64,000 nucleotides of DNA, from NCBI GenBank assembly GCA_026770705.1, contig JANJGN010000150.1:558001-622000 (forward strand), in the 5' to 3' direction. Under the pieces are notes generated by a model that was not told where the DNA came from, did not search any database, and saw nothing but the letters and a program-made list of their open reading frames with translations. How positions within the stretch are numbered: the first letter of the stretch is position 1; every line of letters begins with the position of its first letter. The DNA is from Isurus oxyrinchus. Taxonomy: Eukaryota. Positions 40,454-51,520 of the stretch are shown here, one piece after another. The position numbers were made by a program, and so were the translations under genes.

Positions 40454-40609
40454 CGTGGTTGGGCTTTGAGGAATCAGGTGAGTCACACACCACAGGATCC
40501 CCAGCCTCTCAGCTGCTCCAGTAGCCTGGTTATTGATATGGCTGCTCCAGTCCTGTATCTGCAATGTTTTATACAGTCACTCCCAAACCCAACCAAACTC
40601 ACACCCAAC

Positions 40610-42140
40610 ACCATTCAGAATCAATAATCAAACCCCGATCAGAATCAATAATCAAACCCCGTTCAGAATCAATAATCAAACCCCGTTCAGAATCAATAAC
40701 ACACCCCGTTCAGAATCAATAATCAAACCCCGTTCAGTATCAATAACCAAACTCCGTTCAGTAACAATAATAAAACCCCTTCAGAATCAATAATCAAACC
40801 CCGATCAGTATCAATAATCAAACCCCGTTCAGAATTAATAATCAAACCCCTTTCAGAATAAATAATCAATCCCCGTTCAGTATCAATAAACAAACCACGT
40901 TCAGTATCAATAATCAAACCCTGTTCAGAATTAATAATCAAACCCCTTTCAGAATCAATAATCAATCCCCGTTCAGTATCAATAAACAAACCCAGTTCAG
41001 AATTAATAATCAAACCCCGTTCAGAATCAATAATCAAACCGCGTACAGAATCAATAATCAATCCCCGTTCAGTATACATAATCAAACCCCGTTCAGTATC
41101 AATAAACCAACCCCGTTTAGTATCAATAATCAAACCCCTTTCAGAATCAATAATCAATCCCCGTTCAGTATCAATAAACAAACCCCGTTCAGAATTAATA
41201 ATCAAACCCCGCTCAGTATCAATAATCAAACCGCGTTCAGAATCAATAATCAAACCCCGTTCAGTATACATAATCAAACCCCGTTCAGTATCAATAATCA
41301 AACCCCATTCAGAATCAATAATCAAACCCCTTTCAGAATCAATAATCAAAACCCAGTTCAGAATCAAGAATCAAACACCGTTCAGTATCAATAATCAAAC
41401 CCCGTTCAGAATCAATAATCAAACACTGTTCAGAATCAATAATCAAACCCCATTCAGTATCAATAATCAAACTCCGTTCAGGATCAATAATCAAACATCG
41501 TTCAGAATCAATAATCAAACCCCGTTCAATATCAATAATCAAACCCCGTTCAATATCAATAATCTAACTTCGTTCAGCATCAATAATCAAACCCCGTTCA
41601 GATTCAATAATCAAAACCCTTTCAGAATCAATAATCAAACCCCATTCAGTATCAATAATCAAACCCCGTTCAGTATCAATAATCAAACCCTGTTCAGAAT
41701 TAAAAATCAAACCTGTTCAGTATCAATAATCTAATCCCGTTCAGAATCAATAATCAAACCCCGTTCAGAATTAAAAATCAAACCCCGTTCAGTATCAATA
41801 ATCTAACCCCGTTCAGTATTAAAAATCAAACCCCGTTCAGTATCAATAATCTAACCCCGTTCAGTATCAATAATCAAACCCCATTCAGTATCAATAATCA
41901 AACCCCGTTCAGAATCAATAATCAAACCCTGTTCAGTATCAATAATCAAACTACGTTCAGGATCAATAATCAAACTCCGTTCAGATTCAATAATCAAAAC
42001 CCATTCAGAATAAATAATCAAACCCTTTTCAGAATCAATAATCAAACCCCGTTCAGAATTAAAAATCAAACCCCGTTCAGAATCAATAATCAAACATCGT
42101 TCAGGATCAATAATCAAACCCCGTTCAGTATCAATAATTA
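40610..42140. repeat. 24-bp minisatellite (aatcaataatcaaaccccgttcag), ~63 copies
   Basis: Period 24 seen directly. Confidence 0.95.
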
Positions 42141-42237
42141 ATGTATCTACTGTGGATGGAATTTTTTGATTTGGATCAATAATACTAAACACTGATCACT
42201 CTGATTGTCACTCTGATCATTTCTGTTTCTATTACAG

Positions 42238-42354
42238 AAGAAAGATGAGAAGGATCTGGAAATGAAATCTAACCGCGGAGTCAATCCTGATACAGATGAT
42301 GATCTTTACGCAAACTGTGATTTTGCCAAGGATTCTGTTTATGGGAATTTATAA
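42238..42354 (+). CDS. Gene B terminal cytoplasmic exon (KKDEKDLEMKSNRGVNPDTDDDLYANCDFAKDSVYGNL*) with ITIM-consensus SVYGNL
   Basis: Acceptor attacag, phase 0, 117 nt to TAA, two Tyr motifs. Confidence 0.75.
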   Translation, partial: KKDEKDLEMKSNRGVNPDTDDDLYANCDFAKDSVYGNL

Positions 42355-43689
42355 ACTGAGCAAGAATGAGACACACACAGTGTGGGGAGAATACAGAACG
42401 GGAGAATCATTCAAAACTCCAATTTACCTTCCTAATATCCACAGGAACTCACTCCCAGGAAATAGATTTAAACCTCTTGTTACAATCTGATGGAATTTCT
42501 TCGGAATGATCTATCCAGGATGATTGTCTGTGGGTTTCAATTCGAACATCCTCCTTCAGAATTGTCCCTCACTGTTGGAAACATCCTTCTCTCCATTCTG
42601 ATTGTAAATATCTTTAGATATCGTTCGATGATGTACCAGGACAGAATGGACAAATTCAATCCCGTGTCCGTGATTATGAGTTAATTTTCATTCTGTTATT
42701 CACCTTTCTGTCTGTCAGTGTTTACAGAATATTCATCAGCCAGTGTAGACTTCAGGAAATGCAGGATCAGTGGATAATTGGAGCAGAGGAGATTGGCAAA
42801 ATTTACTCAGCATTTTGTAGTCAAATGTATTTTCAGATATATATTTGGATTTTACACTTCATCGTTAAACAGCGAAACAAACAAGAATCTGGGAAACAGG
42901 GAAACAATTTGATTGGAGAGTTGAGAAATTCTCTGCAGCTTAGAGGATAACAGATGTGCTACAGTGCCACCACTGGTGGGAGGACATCATTTCAGCATGA
43001 CATGTTTACATTGATGTTGCCAATGAACATTGGAAACTATGATGTGAAAAATTGGTTGCAGGTTTATCTTCTTCAATATGTCATTGGATGGATGAGACAG
43101 CTTTGATAACAGAATGAGATAGAGCTGCAATAAACCACCATTTTAGTCCTTCACACTTGGAGAGTACAATTAGCATCCATCCTGAAGGCTGAGTGGATGG
43201 GTGGACTTTGCGATGTGTTACAGATTACAGAGACCAACATCCTCGATCCTGTTTCCGCTCTGTGTTTGATGAGATACTTGATTCAAAGATTGGGAAAATA
43301 AATAATCCTCCTGCATTGATCTGTAACTGGTCATTTCCTCTATCAATGCCCTGAGGACAGATTTGGGTTCGCGGTCCAAAATCAGGCACATGCTTTGACT
43401 GCCCATTGAATCGGAACAGGAGGAGGCCCCCTTGAGCGTGCTACACAGGAACAAGAGAGCACCTGAAATAAAAACAGAAAATCCTGGAGAAACTGAGTAG
43501 GTCTGGCAGCATCTGTGCAGAGATAAACAGAATAAACATTTCGAGTCCGTATGACCCTTCTTCAGAGTCTCAAAGCAAAAACTCTGTTTCTCTCTCCACA
43601 GCTGCTGCCAGACCTGCTGAGTTAATGCAGCATTTTCTGTGTTTATTTCAGATTTACAGCATCTGCAGTATTTATTTTTAATGAGAGGA

Positions 43690-45460
43690 GGACATTCAGC
43701 TCCTCGAGCCTGTTACACAGGAACAGGTGGAGGCCCATTCTGTTCCTTTAAGCCTGTTACACAGGAACAGGAGGAGGCCCATTCTGTCCCCTTGAACCTG
43801 TTACACAGGAACAGGAGGAGGCCTATTCACCCTCCTCGAGCCTGTTACACAGGAACAGGAGGAGGCCCATTCACCCTCCTCGAGTCTTTTACAGAGGAAC
43901 AGGAGGAGGCCCATTCTGTCCCCTTGAACGTGTTACACAGGAACAGGAGGAGGCCCATTCACCCTCCTCGAGCCTGTTACACAGGAACAGGAGGAGGCCC
44001 ATTCTGTCCCCTTGAGCCTGTTACACAGGTACAGGAGACCCATTCAGCCTCCACAAGCTTGTTACACAGGAACATTAGGGGCTCCATTCAGCCACTCAAG
44101 CCTGTTCCACATGAACGGGAACAAAAACAAAAATAGCTGGAAAAACTCAGCAGGTCTGACAGGATCTGCGGAGAGGAACACACTTGACGTTTTGGGACTG
44201 TATGACTCTTCATCAGAACTAAGGGAATCGAGAAATGAGGTGACGTTTTAGCTGGTAGAGGGGGGTGGGGCAGGTAGAGCTGGATTGTGGGCCAGTGATA
44301 GGTGGAGGTAAAGAAGAGGTTGCCAAAGATGTGATAGACAAAAGGACAAAGGGGTGTTGACGGTGGTGATATTATCTGAGGAATGTGCTAATGGGGACAT
44401 TAAGGGTAGAAAGCAGGACGAGCAAGAGACAGATAGTCCTAGTGGGGGTGGGGTGGGGGAAAGGATTGAAATAGGCTAAAAGGTAGAGATACAACAACAG
44501 ATGTAAAACATTTAAAAATAATGGAAATAGGTGGGAAAAGAAAAATATATCAATAAAATAAATATTAAAAATGATAAATTAATGGAAAAGGGAGATTGGA
44601 AAGGGGGTGGGGATGGAGGAGAGAGTTCATGATCTGAAATTGTTGAACTCAATATTCAGACCGGAAGGCTGTAAAGTGCCAGGTCGGAAGATGAGGTGTT
44701 GTTCCTCCAGTTTGTGTTGGGCTTCACTGGAACAATGCAGCAGGCCAAGGACGGACATGTGGGCATGAGAGCAGGGTGGGGTGTTAAAATGGCAAGCGGC
44801 AGGGAGGTCTGGGTCATGCTTGTGGACAGACCGAAGGTGTTCATCAGAGCGATCACCCAGTCTGTGTTTGGTCTGTCCCATGTAGAGGAGACCACATTGG
44901 GAGCAGTGAATGCAGTAGATTAAATTGAGGGAAGTGCAAGTGAAATGCTGCTTCCAATGATGCTCCTAATGTACTCGAGCCTGGTACACAGGAACTGGGG
45001 AAGGCCAATTCAGCCCCTTTAGCCTTTTACACAGGAACAGGAGGAGGCCCACTCAGCCCCATGAGCCTGGTACACAGTGAGAGAAGGAGGCCATTCAGCC
45101 CCCATGAGCCTGTTACACAGGAACAGGAGGAGGCCCATTCAGCCCCTCGAGCCTGTTACACAGGAACAGGAGGAGGCCCATTCAGCCCCTCGAGCCTTTT
45201 ACACAGGAACAGGAGGAGGCCCATTCAGCCCCTCGAGCCTGTTACACAGAACCAGGAGGAGACCCATTGTGCCCCATGAGCCTGTTACACAGAAACAGGA
45301 GGAGGCCCATTCAGCCCCTCGAGCCTGTTACACAGGAACAGGAGGAGGCCCATTCTGTCCCCTTGAACCTGTTACACAGGAACAGGAGGAGGCCTAGTCA
45401 CCCTCCTCGAGCCTGTTACACAGGAACAGGAGGAGGCCCAGTCAACCCCTCGAGCTTGTT
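43690..45460 (-). repeat. ~41-bp minisatellite split by a Penelope-like insertion
   Basis: Arrays at 43690-44115 and 44975-45460. Confidence 0.88.
44120..44955 (-). mobile_element. Penelope-like retroelement 3' fragment (GIY-YIG endonuclease)
   Basis: GQTKHRLGDRSDEHLRSV..PAACHFN..LEEQHLIFRPGTLQPSGLNIEF. Confidence 0.8.
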
Positions 45461-46139
45461 GCATGTGAACAGTCAATGGCCCTTCAAAAACATTCTTGGC
45501 ACGCAAAGGGTTAATAGTTTTCTAACAGTGCGAGGCAAAGAGCATCTTTCTCACTTGGTACCAAGCACTTCCTCATTTTGACTCACAGTGACACATCCAC
45601 CCTTTTTAATTAAACACACAGAGGGAGCAGCACAGGAAGAGGTCATTCAGCCCAAGCAGAGCTTGTGGGCAGTTCCTCCCCAGGCGAGCAGTCGGACAGG
45701 TCGGGGGTAAGTAACGGAATGATTGGAAATCACGGGGGGAGTTCTGAGGGCTCCTAATCCATTGTCCTGTCTTGTAAATCAGCACCTTAATACTGACCCT
45801 TCAACAGTGCGGCACTCCCTCAGTACTGATCCTCCAACATTGCAGCACTCCCTGATTAATGTCCCTCTGACAGTGCAGCACTCCCTCAGTACTCACCCTC
45901 AAACAGTGGAGATCTCCCTCAGTACTGATCTTACAATAGTGCAGTAATGACCATCCGACATTGCAGCACTCCCTCAGTACTGACATTGGGCAGTTTCAGT
46001 CTACTCTGTGGGGCAGACGTCCCCTGAATGGGGTCTTGAATCCCACAACATTCTGACCCCCTGAATTTGGCTGTGAAACCCACTGACCCACAGGAGAAAC
46101 TCCTGGTCAATGACTGTCCACCTGTGAGCAGAAATATCA

Positions 46140-46360
46140 ACACAGGGTCAGGACACAAAGGGTTAACAGTTCACCAACATCTCAAAACATGAGCTGCTCT
46201 GTCACTTTGATCCAACTTCCTCATTTTGACTCACAGAGACACATCAACCCTTTCTCATTAAATACACAGAGGGAGCAGCACAGGAAGAGGTCATTCAGCC
46301 CAAGCAGAGTGTGTGGGCAGTTCCACCCCAGGCGAGCAGTCGGACAGGTCCTGGGTAAGT
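46140..46360 (+). promoter_or_regulatory. Probable promoter and non-coding first exon of gene C (TGACTCA, TTCCTC/CAGGAAG ETS-like, attaaata, donor gtaagt at 46355)
   Basis: Lies ~400 nt upstream of the leader-exon acceptor; near-identical copies at 39630-40027 and 45500-45730. Confidence 0.5.
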
Positions 46361-46782
46361 AACGGAACGATTGGAATTCACTTCCACCACCAACACCGTC
46401 CTTTGTTGATGTTGTGACTTTATAAAGACAGATTCCAATGATTGATGCCTTTGAAAGATTTCTACTGATTATTGAGATCTGGGTGTGAGGCTCAGGTCCG
46501 TTGTACAGAACATCTTTCTAGCTCAAGGGATGAGGGAAGTGCAGAGACATGAGCTTTGGGATGTCCTGAGGTGCTGAAAGGTGCTATAGAAATGCAAATC
46601 CTTCATTGTTTGTCTTTCTTAAAGCCTTGTAACTCTCTGCAGAGCACCTATCATCCCACAGAGAATCAAATTAGTCTGTGAAGACATTGTCTAAAAGCAG
46701 TTCTGATCTCTCGAAAGGTGCTGGACAAGAGGTGAGATCTCATTAACTCCTTTCTCTTTCACAGCTTGAGAGTGAGAAGTGG

Positions 46783-46843
46783 ATGGAATATCTGGGAGTG
46801 GACAATGATCGGGAAATCTACTTCCTCTTGTCACTTCTCCAAG
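46783..46843 (+). CDS. Gene C leader exon (MEYLGVDNDREIYFLLSLLQ; or MIGK-IYFLLSLLQ from ATG 46805 with one base missing)
   Basis: Acceptor at 46763-46764, donor CAAG|gtaata, phase 1; ends in SLLQ like the gene B leader. Confidence 0.75.
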
Positions 46844-47546
46844 GTAATATCATCGTCAGCTTGGACAGATTTATAGTTAACAGTCTTTGTAAAAGATCAT
46901 TCTTATCTCTTTATCTCTGTAACCTCCTGCAACGCAACCAATCAACTTCCCAGGTCTCTGTGTTACTCCAATTCTGGCCTCTTGACCATCCCCCGATTCC
47001 CATCACTCCAATACTGGCGGCCGTGCCTACAGCTGCCTGGGACCTGAGCTCTGGAATTCACTCCCTAAACCTCGGCGATGGAGGAGATCAGAGGGTTTCA
47101 TTTTACTGAGAATCACCACGACCACATCACAGCTGCAGTGAGAATAGACAGAGAGTCCAGCCCTCACACTTACTGCACAGTTTCACCATAGCAACCACAA
47201 TATGGAAATTTAAAAATACTGAAAGTTAAACTGAAGCTCAGCCCATTCAGTGTTGAGAGATGAGATATTTACACAGTTTCCCTGTCTATCTTGTAGACAC
47301 TGTGTTGGGTGGAAGACTGGCTTCACTAAACAGGGTCCTGAGGACCATGAGCCAATGTAGAATGAACTTGTCCACTCCTGTGTCCAGGATTCTCTTCTAT
47401 CTGTTGTGAAACCTTGGGGAGTTCCTTGTGTGTCCTGTAGATGGTCCACACTGCAGCCACTGTGCCCCAGTGATGGAAGGGGTGGATATCGAGTCTAGTG
47501 GATCTACAAACCATCCAGAGTCAAATATTGATATTTCTCTCCCCAG

Positions 47547-47920
47547 TTGGACTGTCACAAGAGTGGAAAGGTGACACTCCACGAGAGGTGACAGCGCAGG
47601 AAGGTTCGTATGTACAGATTCCATGTCATTACAGTTACTTATCAAATTTCGTAGGGAGATCACGTGCGGAATCTGGTTGAAAGGAATAGATGGGAACCCA
47701 CAGCCTAAATGGTCTATAGCCTTTCACTCCGAGGGTCACAATCACAGGGATCAAAGATTCCGCCATCGTACCCGGCTGTCTGGAGACCTGAAAGATGGCG
47801 ACTGTTCCCTGATTATAAACAACATCAGACGGGAAGATGCAGGACCTTATTTCTTCAGGATAGAATTTGACAGCAGTAATAGTTACAACTACTATCCTGT
47901 AACCCAGCTTCATGTTTCTG
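47547..47920 (+). pseudogene. Gene C Siglec V-set exon with the essential Arg (PYFFRIE) but a 1-nt deletion near 47666
   Basis: ccccag / gtaagt; 374 nt (375 needed). AQEGSYVQIPC..GIW..RTRLSGDLKDGDCSLIINNIRREDAGPYFFR. Confidence 0.88.
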
Positions 47921-48320
47921 GTAAGTGCTGTGTTATAATTACTCAACAATTCACATTCAACACTCAATGGGAATTAACACAAACTGTGACGTTTACATAT
48001 TAACACAAAACACAGCTTATTATAACACACTGTCTGATTCTCAATAACCTGGTGATAGCTTCCAGTTCAGTCCTAAAGCAACCTCTAATACTCACTTTAA
48101 TATCAATGATTAAATGTATTGACTGTGTCCATCAAAGTTATCAGGTTATCCACTCTCATCGATCTCTCTAATCCTGTTTAAAATAATTTCCTGATCATTG
48201 TAACCTCTCAGTTCTGATATCATCCTTGTAAAAGTGCTTTCTCTTGTGGGACTGTGATTTCTATTTGAACTGATGCTTCACGTTATATTTCTCTAAAAGG
48301 ATCCATTCTCCGTCTGTTAG

Positions 48321-48617
48321 ATTTCACAGATAAACCCACGATATTCCCTGCTGAAATTATTGCAGGAAAGCCTGTGGATGTAAGCTGCACCTTCAACACA
48401 ACGTGCAATGGAACAGCAGCACCTGTCTTAACCTGGGACACTCCCACTGACGTACCTGGATCAGTCTCAAACACTGTAACTCAGCATGGTGTCACTCTGA
48501 CCTATACTTCTGTTCTGACCCTGATCCCATCACTCAAACACCACAGACACACTCTCAGCTGCAGAGTGAGATATCCATCTGTTTCATCGGAGCGGACCCT
48601 CGTACTAACTGTGCAAG
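48321..48617 (+). CDS. Gene C Siglec domain-2 C2-set exon
   Basis: 297 nt, open, phase 1-1. KPTIFP..VSCTFNTTCNGTAAPVLTW..SVLTLIPSLKHHRHTLSCRV, the CD33/MAG-type D2 with an extra Cys. Confidence 0.92.
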
Positions 48618-48940
48618 GTAAGTACGGACACCTTTCATTCTACATCAGCACTCCCTCAGCGCTGACCCTCTGACAGTGCAGCCCGTTCTCAGTATCCACA
48701 TTCTCATGCCTCTCAAAGTGCTTCACAGTCGATAGAAGTTAATTGATCTTTATTTGATTATTGCTGAATGAAGAGACAAGCTGTCTAAACTTCTCATATT
48801 GCAAACAGCATTCTCCACGGCAACACCTCCACCTATCAGAGACCACTTGCCAACCAATCAGCACTGTCTTCCCATTAAGTATAAATTGTTGTTCACTTCC
48901 TGTTGGTAATCATGCGAACGGGGTTCTTGATTCCTGCCCT

Positions 48941-49093
48941 GACATCTTAATGTCCCAATGAACAGAACAAGTTCCAACAATGAGCTGTGGTTGGTGATTA
49001 CTCACGTTACATCCAGGGACACTGGCGACTATCAGTGTGTGGCAGAGAATGAACATGGAGCAGTGGAGGGGTTCATAATCATTACTGTGGAAT
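48941..49093 (+). pseudogene. Gene C 5'-truncated copy of the shared C2 exon
   Basis: Only HLNVPMNRTS...ITVE plus the gtgagt donor remain; the acceptor and first ~130 nt are replaced by unrelated sequence at 48758-48940. Confidence 0.85.
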
Positions 49094-50756
49094 GTGAGTG
49101 TACACAGACATCAACATCTCTCTCAGATTCGAATACTACACAAACACCCTCAAATGTACAGACCTAAATAGACACATGCAGACACACATATATGACCACA
49201 CACAAAGACACACTCACAAACAAACACACTAGCACAAGACTCCCTCATGGGTTACCTGACCTCCCTCAGTACTACACTGGAGCGTGGGCTGAATTCTGGG
49301 ATTTGTGTTCCCATTCATATTTATAGAAGAATATGGAAATTACTCATACAAACACTCAGATGCATAGAGGCACTCATAGATACTCTCTGCTTCTCCAACT
49401 CTCTCTCTCCCTTCAAGGAGCTACCTGAATCCTAACCCGTTGACGAATAACTAGTCCCAACTCCTCTTTATCTGATTCTGTGATTTTTTTGTGAATCTGA
49501 GAGTAAGAGAGAGGTGGAGAGGTTTAGTAAGAGAATTCCTGCTGATGAAAAGCTTACATCCTGTTCTCACTATTTCCGTGCCCATTATGTCCAAAGCCCC
49601 TGTTTATAGTGATGACTGCCTATGTAAACGTCACACTGTAGTTACAGCCTCCCACCAGTGGTGGCATTGTAGCACTTAATCCTTGTGTTTCCCAGCTTTT
49701 CAAGCAAATCTACTTCCCAGTTTGCTACACAAGCTGGGAGTTCATCGGAATTCAATTATTTCTCAAAAGGTAGATTTGATAATTCATTTTATTGAAAACT
49801 TCCTCAACGCCTCCCTGAAGTGTTTACACTCTCCGGGAAGCAGGATTAGGCTGGATGTTGGGGAGTTCATCTTTTCCCAGAGAGTAGGGATCCTCGGGAA
49901 TGTGCTGTCAGTGGGTGTGGTGGTTGCTGATTCTCTGTCACCTTCAAGAGGGATCTGGAGTGGTTACTGACTGGGGGAGAGATCATGGAAGCGGAGAATG
50001 ATACAGCACAGGAGGAGGCCATTCAGCCCATTGTGCCTGTGCCAGGTCTTTCAATGTTCTATCCAATCAGATCCACTAACCACCACACCACTTTGCCCCC
50101 ATCTTCCTCCTTCAAGTGTTTATCCAATTTCCCTTTTGAAAGTTCCTATTGAATCTGCTTCCGCTGCCCTTTCAGGCAGCACCTTCCAGATCACAACAAC
50201 TCGCTCTGTCAAAACAAATTCTCCTCATCTCCCCCTCCGGTTCATCAATCTGTGTCCCTCTGGTTACCGACCCTCCTGCCCCTTAAATACATCGGTAGTG
50301 TTCACATCACACACTCCCTGTGGGAGCGAGTTCCACATTCTCCCCTCTCTCTGGGTAAAGATTGGAACTGTTTATTAAGCGGGGGGTGTATGTCCGTGGG
50401 GGAGTCCATCTCGATCCTGCCCGATTCGCACACACGTCCGAGATGGATTTCCACCCTGCACTAAACGTTTCCAGAATTTTCTACAGCACAATCCTGTACA
50501 CAGCGATGGAGAGAAACATTGGACAGGGAGTCCAACAGCACAATGATCCATTCTCACCAATGTTCCACGCTAAGGGGAAAGTTCCGATTGTCCACTCTTA
50601 GAGTGTTTACAATGAAAACATTCCTTCCACATTGAATCCCAGTGGATGGGTCAATATTACAGCAAATGTTGAAGTGATATGAAGCTTGATTGTTCAGCCA
50701 GAGTGAGAGATTGAAAGCGGAGAGTCAGTGATGATTTCTTTCTGTGTGTTCTCTAG

Positions 50757-50896
50757 ACAGTGGAGGAGAGATTCTGCACGTGATCCTGATCCTGGGAATA
50801 CGAGCTGTGATATTCCTTGTGGCTGTGGTTATCACTATCGCTGGAGTCTGTGTCTGGGAGAGACAAACAGTGAAAGGAAGTCGACAGACTGTTTAA
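50757..50896 (+). CDS. Gene C TM/terminal exon with an intramembrane Arg and a short Tyr-free tail (SGGEILHVILILGIRAVIFLVAVVITIAGVCVWERQTVKGSRQTV*)
   Basis: Acceptor ttctctag, phase 1, CGA at 50801-50803 inside a hydrophobic run, TAA at 50894-50896. Confidence 0.82.
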
Positions 50897-50949
50897 AGAT
50901 TTGTACAGCAACAATCTCATCATGGAACAGAAGAACGGCATTCGGCCCA

Positions 50950-51520
50950 TTGACTCCATGCTGTCTCTCTGTAGAGCAATCCACTCAGTCCCATTCCCCC
51001 GCTCTATCCCTGTATCCCTTCAAGTTTATTTCCCCTCAAGTGTCCGTCCAATTTCCTTTTGAAATGGTTCATCGTCTCCGCTTCCACCATCCTCGTAGGC
51101 AGTGAGTTCCAGCTCATTACCACTCACTGTGTAAAAAAGTTCCTCCTCAAATCCCCCTCTGCCCAAAACCTTCAATCTGTGTCCCCCAGTCCTTGTCCCA
51201 TCAGCTAATGGCAACAGCTTCTCTTTGTCTACCTGATCTAAACCCATCATCATCTTGTACACCTCGATCAGATCCCCCCTCAATCTCCTTTGCTCCAAGC
51301 AGAACAACCCCAGCTTCTCCAACCCAACCTTGTAGCTAAAATCCCTCATCCCTGGACCCATTCTGCTCAATCTCCTCCCCACCCTCTCAAGGACCCTCAC
51401 TTCCTTCCCAAAGTGAGGAGACCAGAACTGGACACAATACTCTAGTTGTGACCTAACCAGAGCTTTATAAATGTTCAGCGTAACCTCCCTGTGTTTGTTC
51501 TCAATCCCTCCATTTATGAA
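50950..51520 (-). mobile_element. CR1 LINE 3' fragment
   Basis: IYKALVRSQLEYCVQFWSP..LEQRRLRGDLIEVYK. Confidence 0.88.

Noticed and set aside
40454-40540. cag|gtgagt at 40477 as the donor of the YEN exon
   Set aside because: It lies in sequence resembling the LINE motif ggagtcaggaggtgagttactc, so it is probably coincidental, although exonisation cannot be excluded.
40610-42140. Regular 24-bp array resembling a CRISPR array or a repeat protein (IIDSERGL)
   Set aside because: Head-to-tail units with no unique spacers and no cas genes, in a vertebrate intron.
28227-50896. Rearranging antigen-receptor locus (Ig/TCR/IgNAR) interpretation of the V exons
   Set aside because: The V exons include the G strand and end in splice donors. 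I saw no RSS or J segments, and the cysteine pattern is Siglec-type.
16601-50896. Assigning symbols MAG, CD22, CD33 or SIGLEC15
   Set aside because: Domain counts and sequences do not match any single ortholog that I can recognise; a phylogeny is needed.
50728-51105. 125-aa plus-strand ORF
   Set aside because: Wrong frame over the gene C TM exon, running into a CR1 tail.
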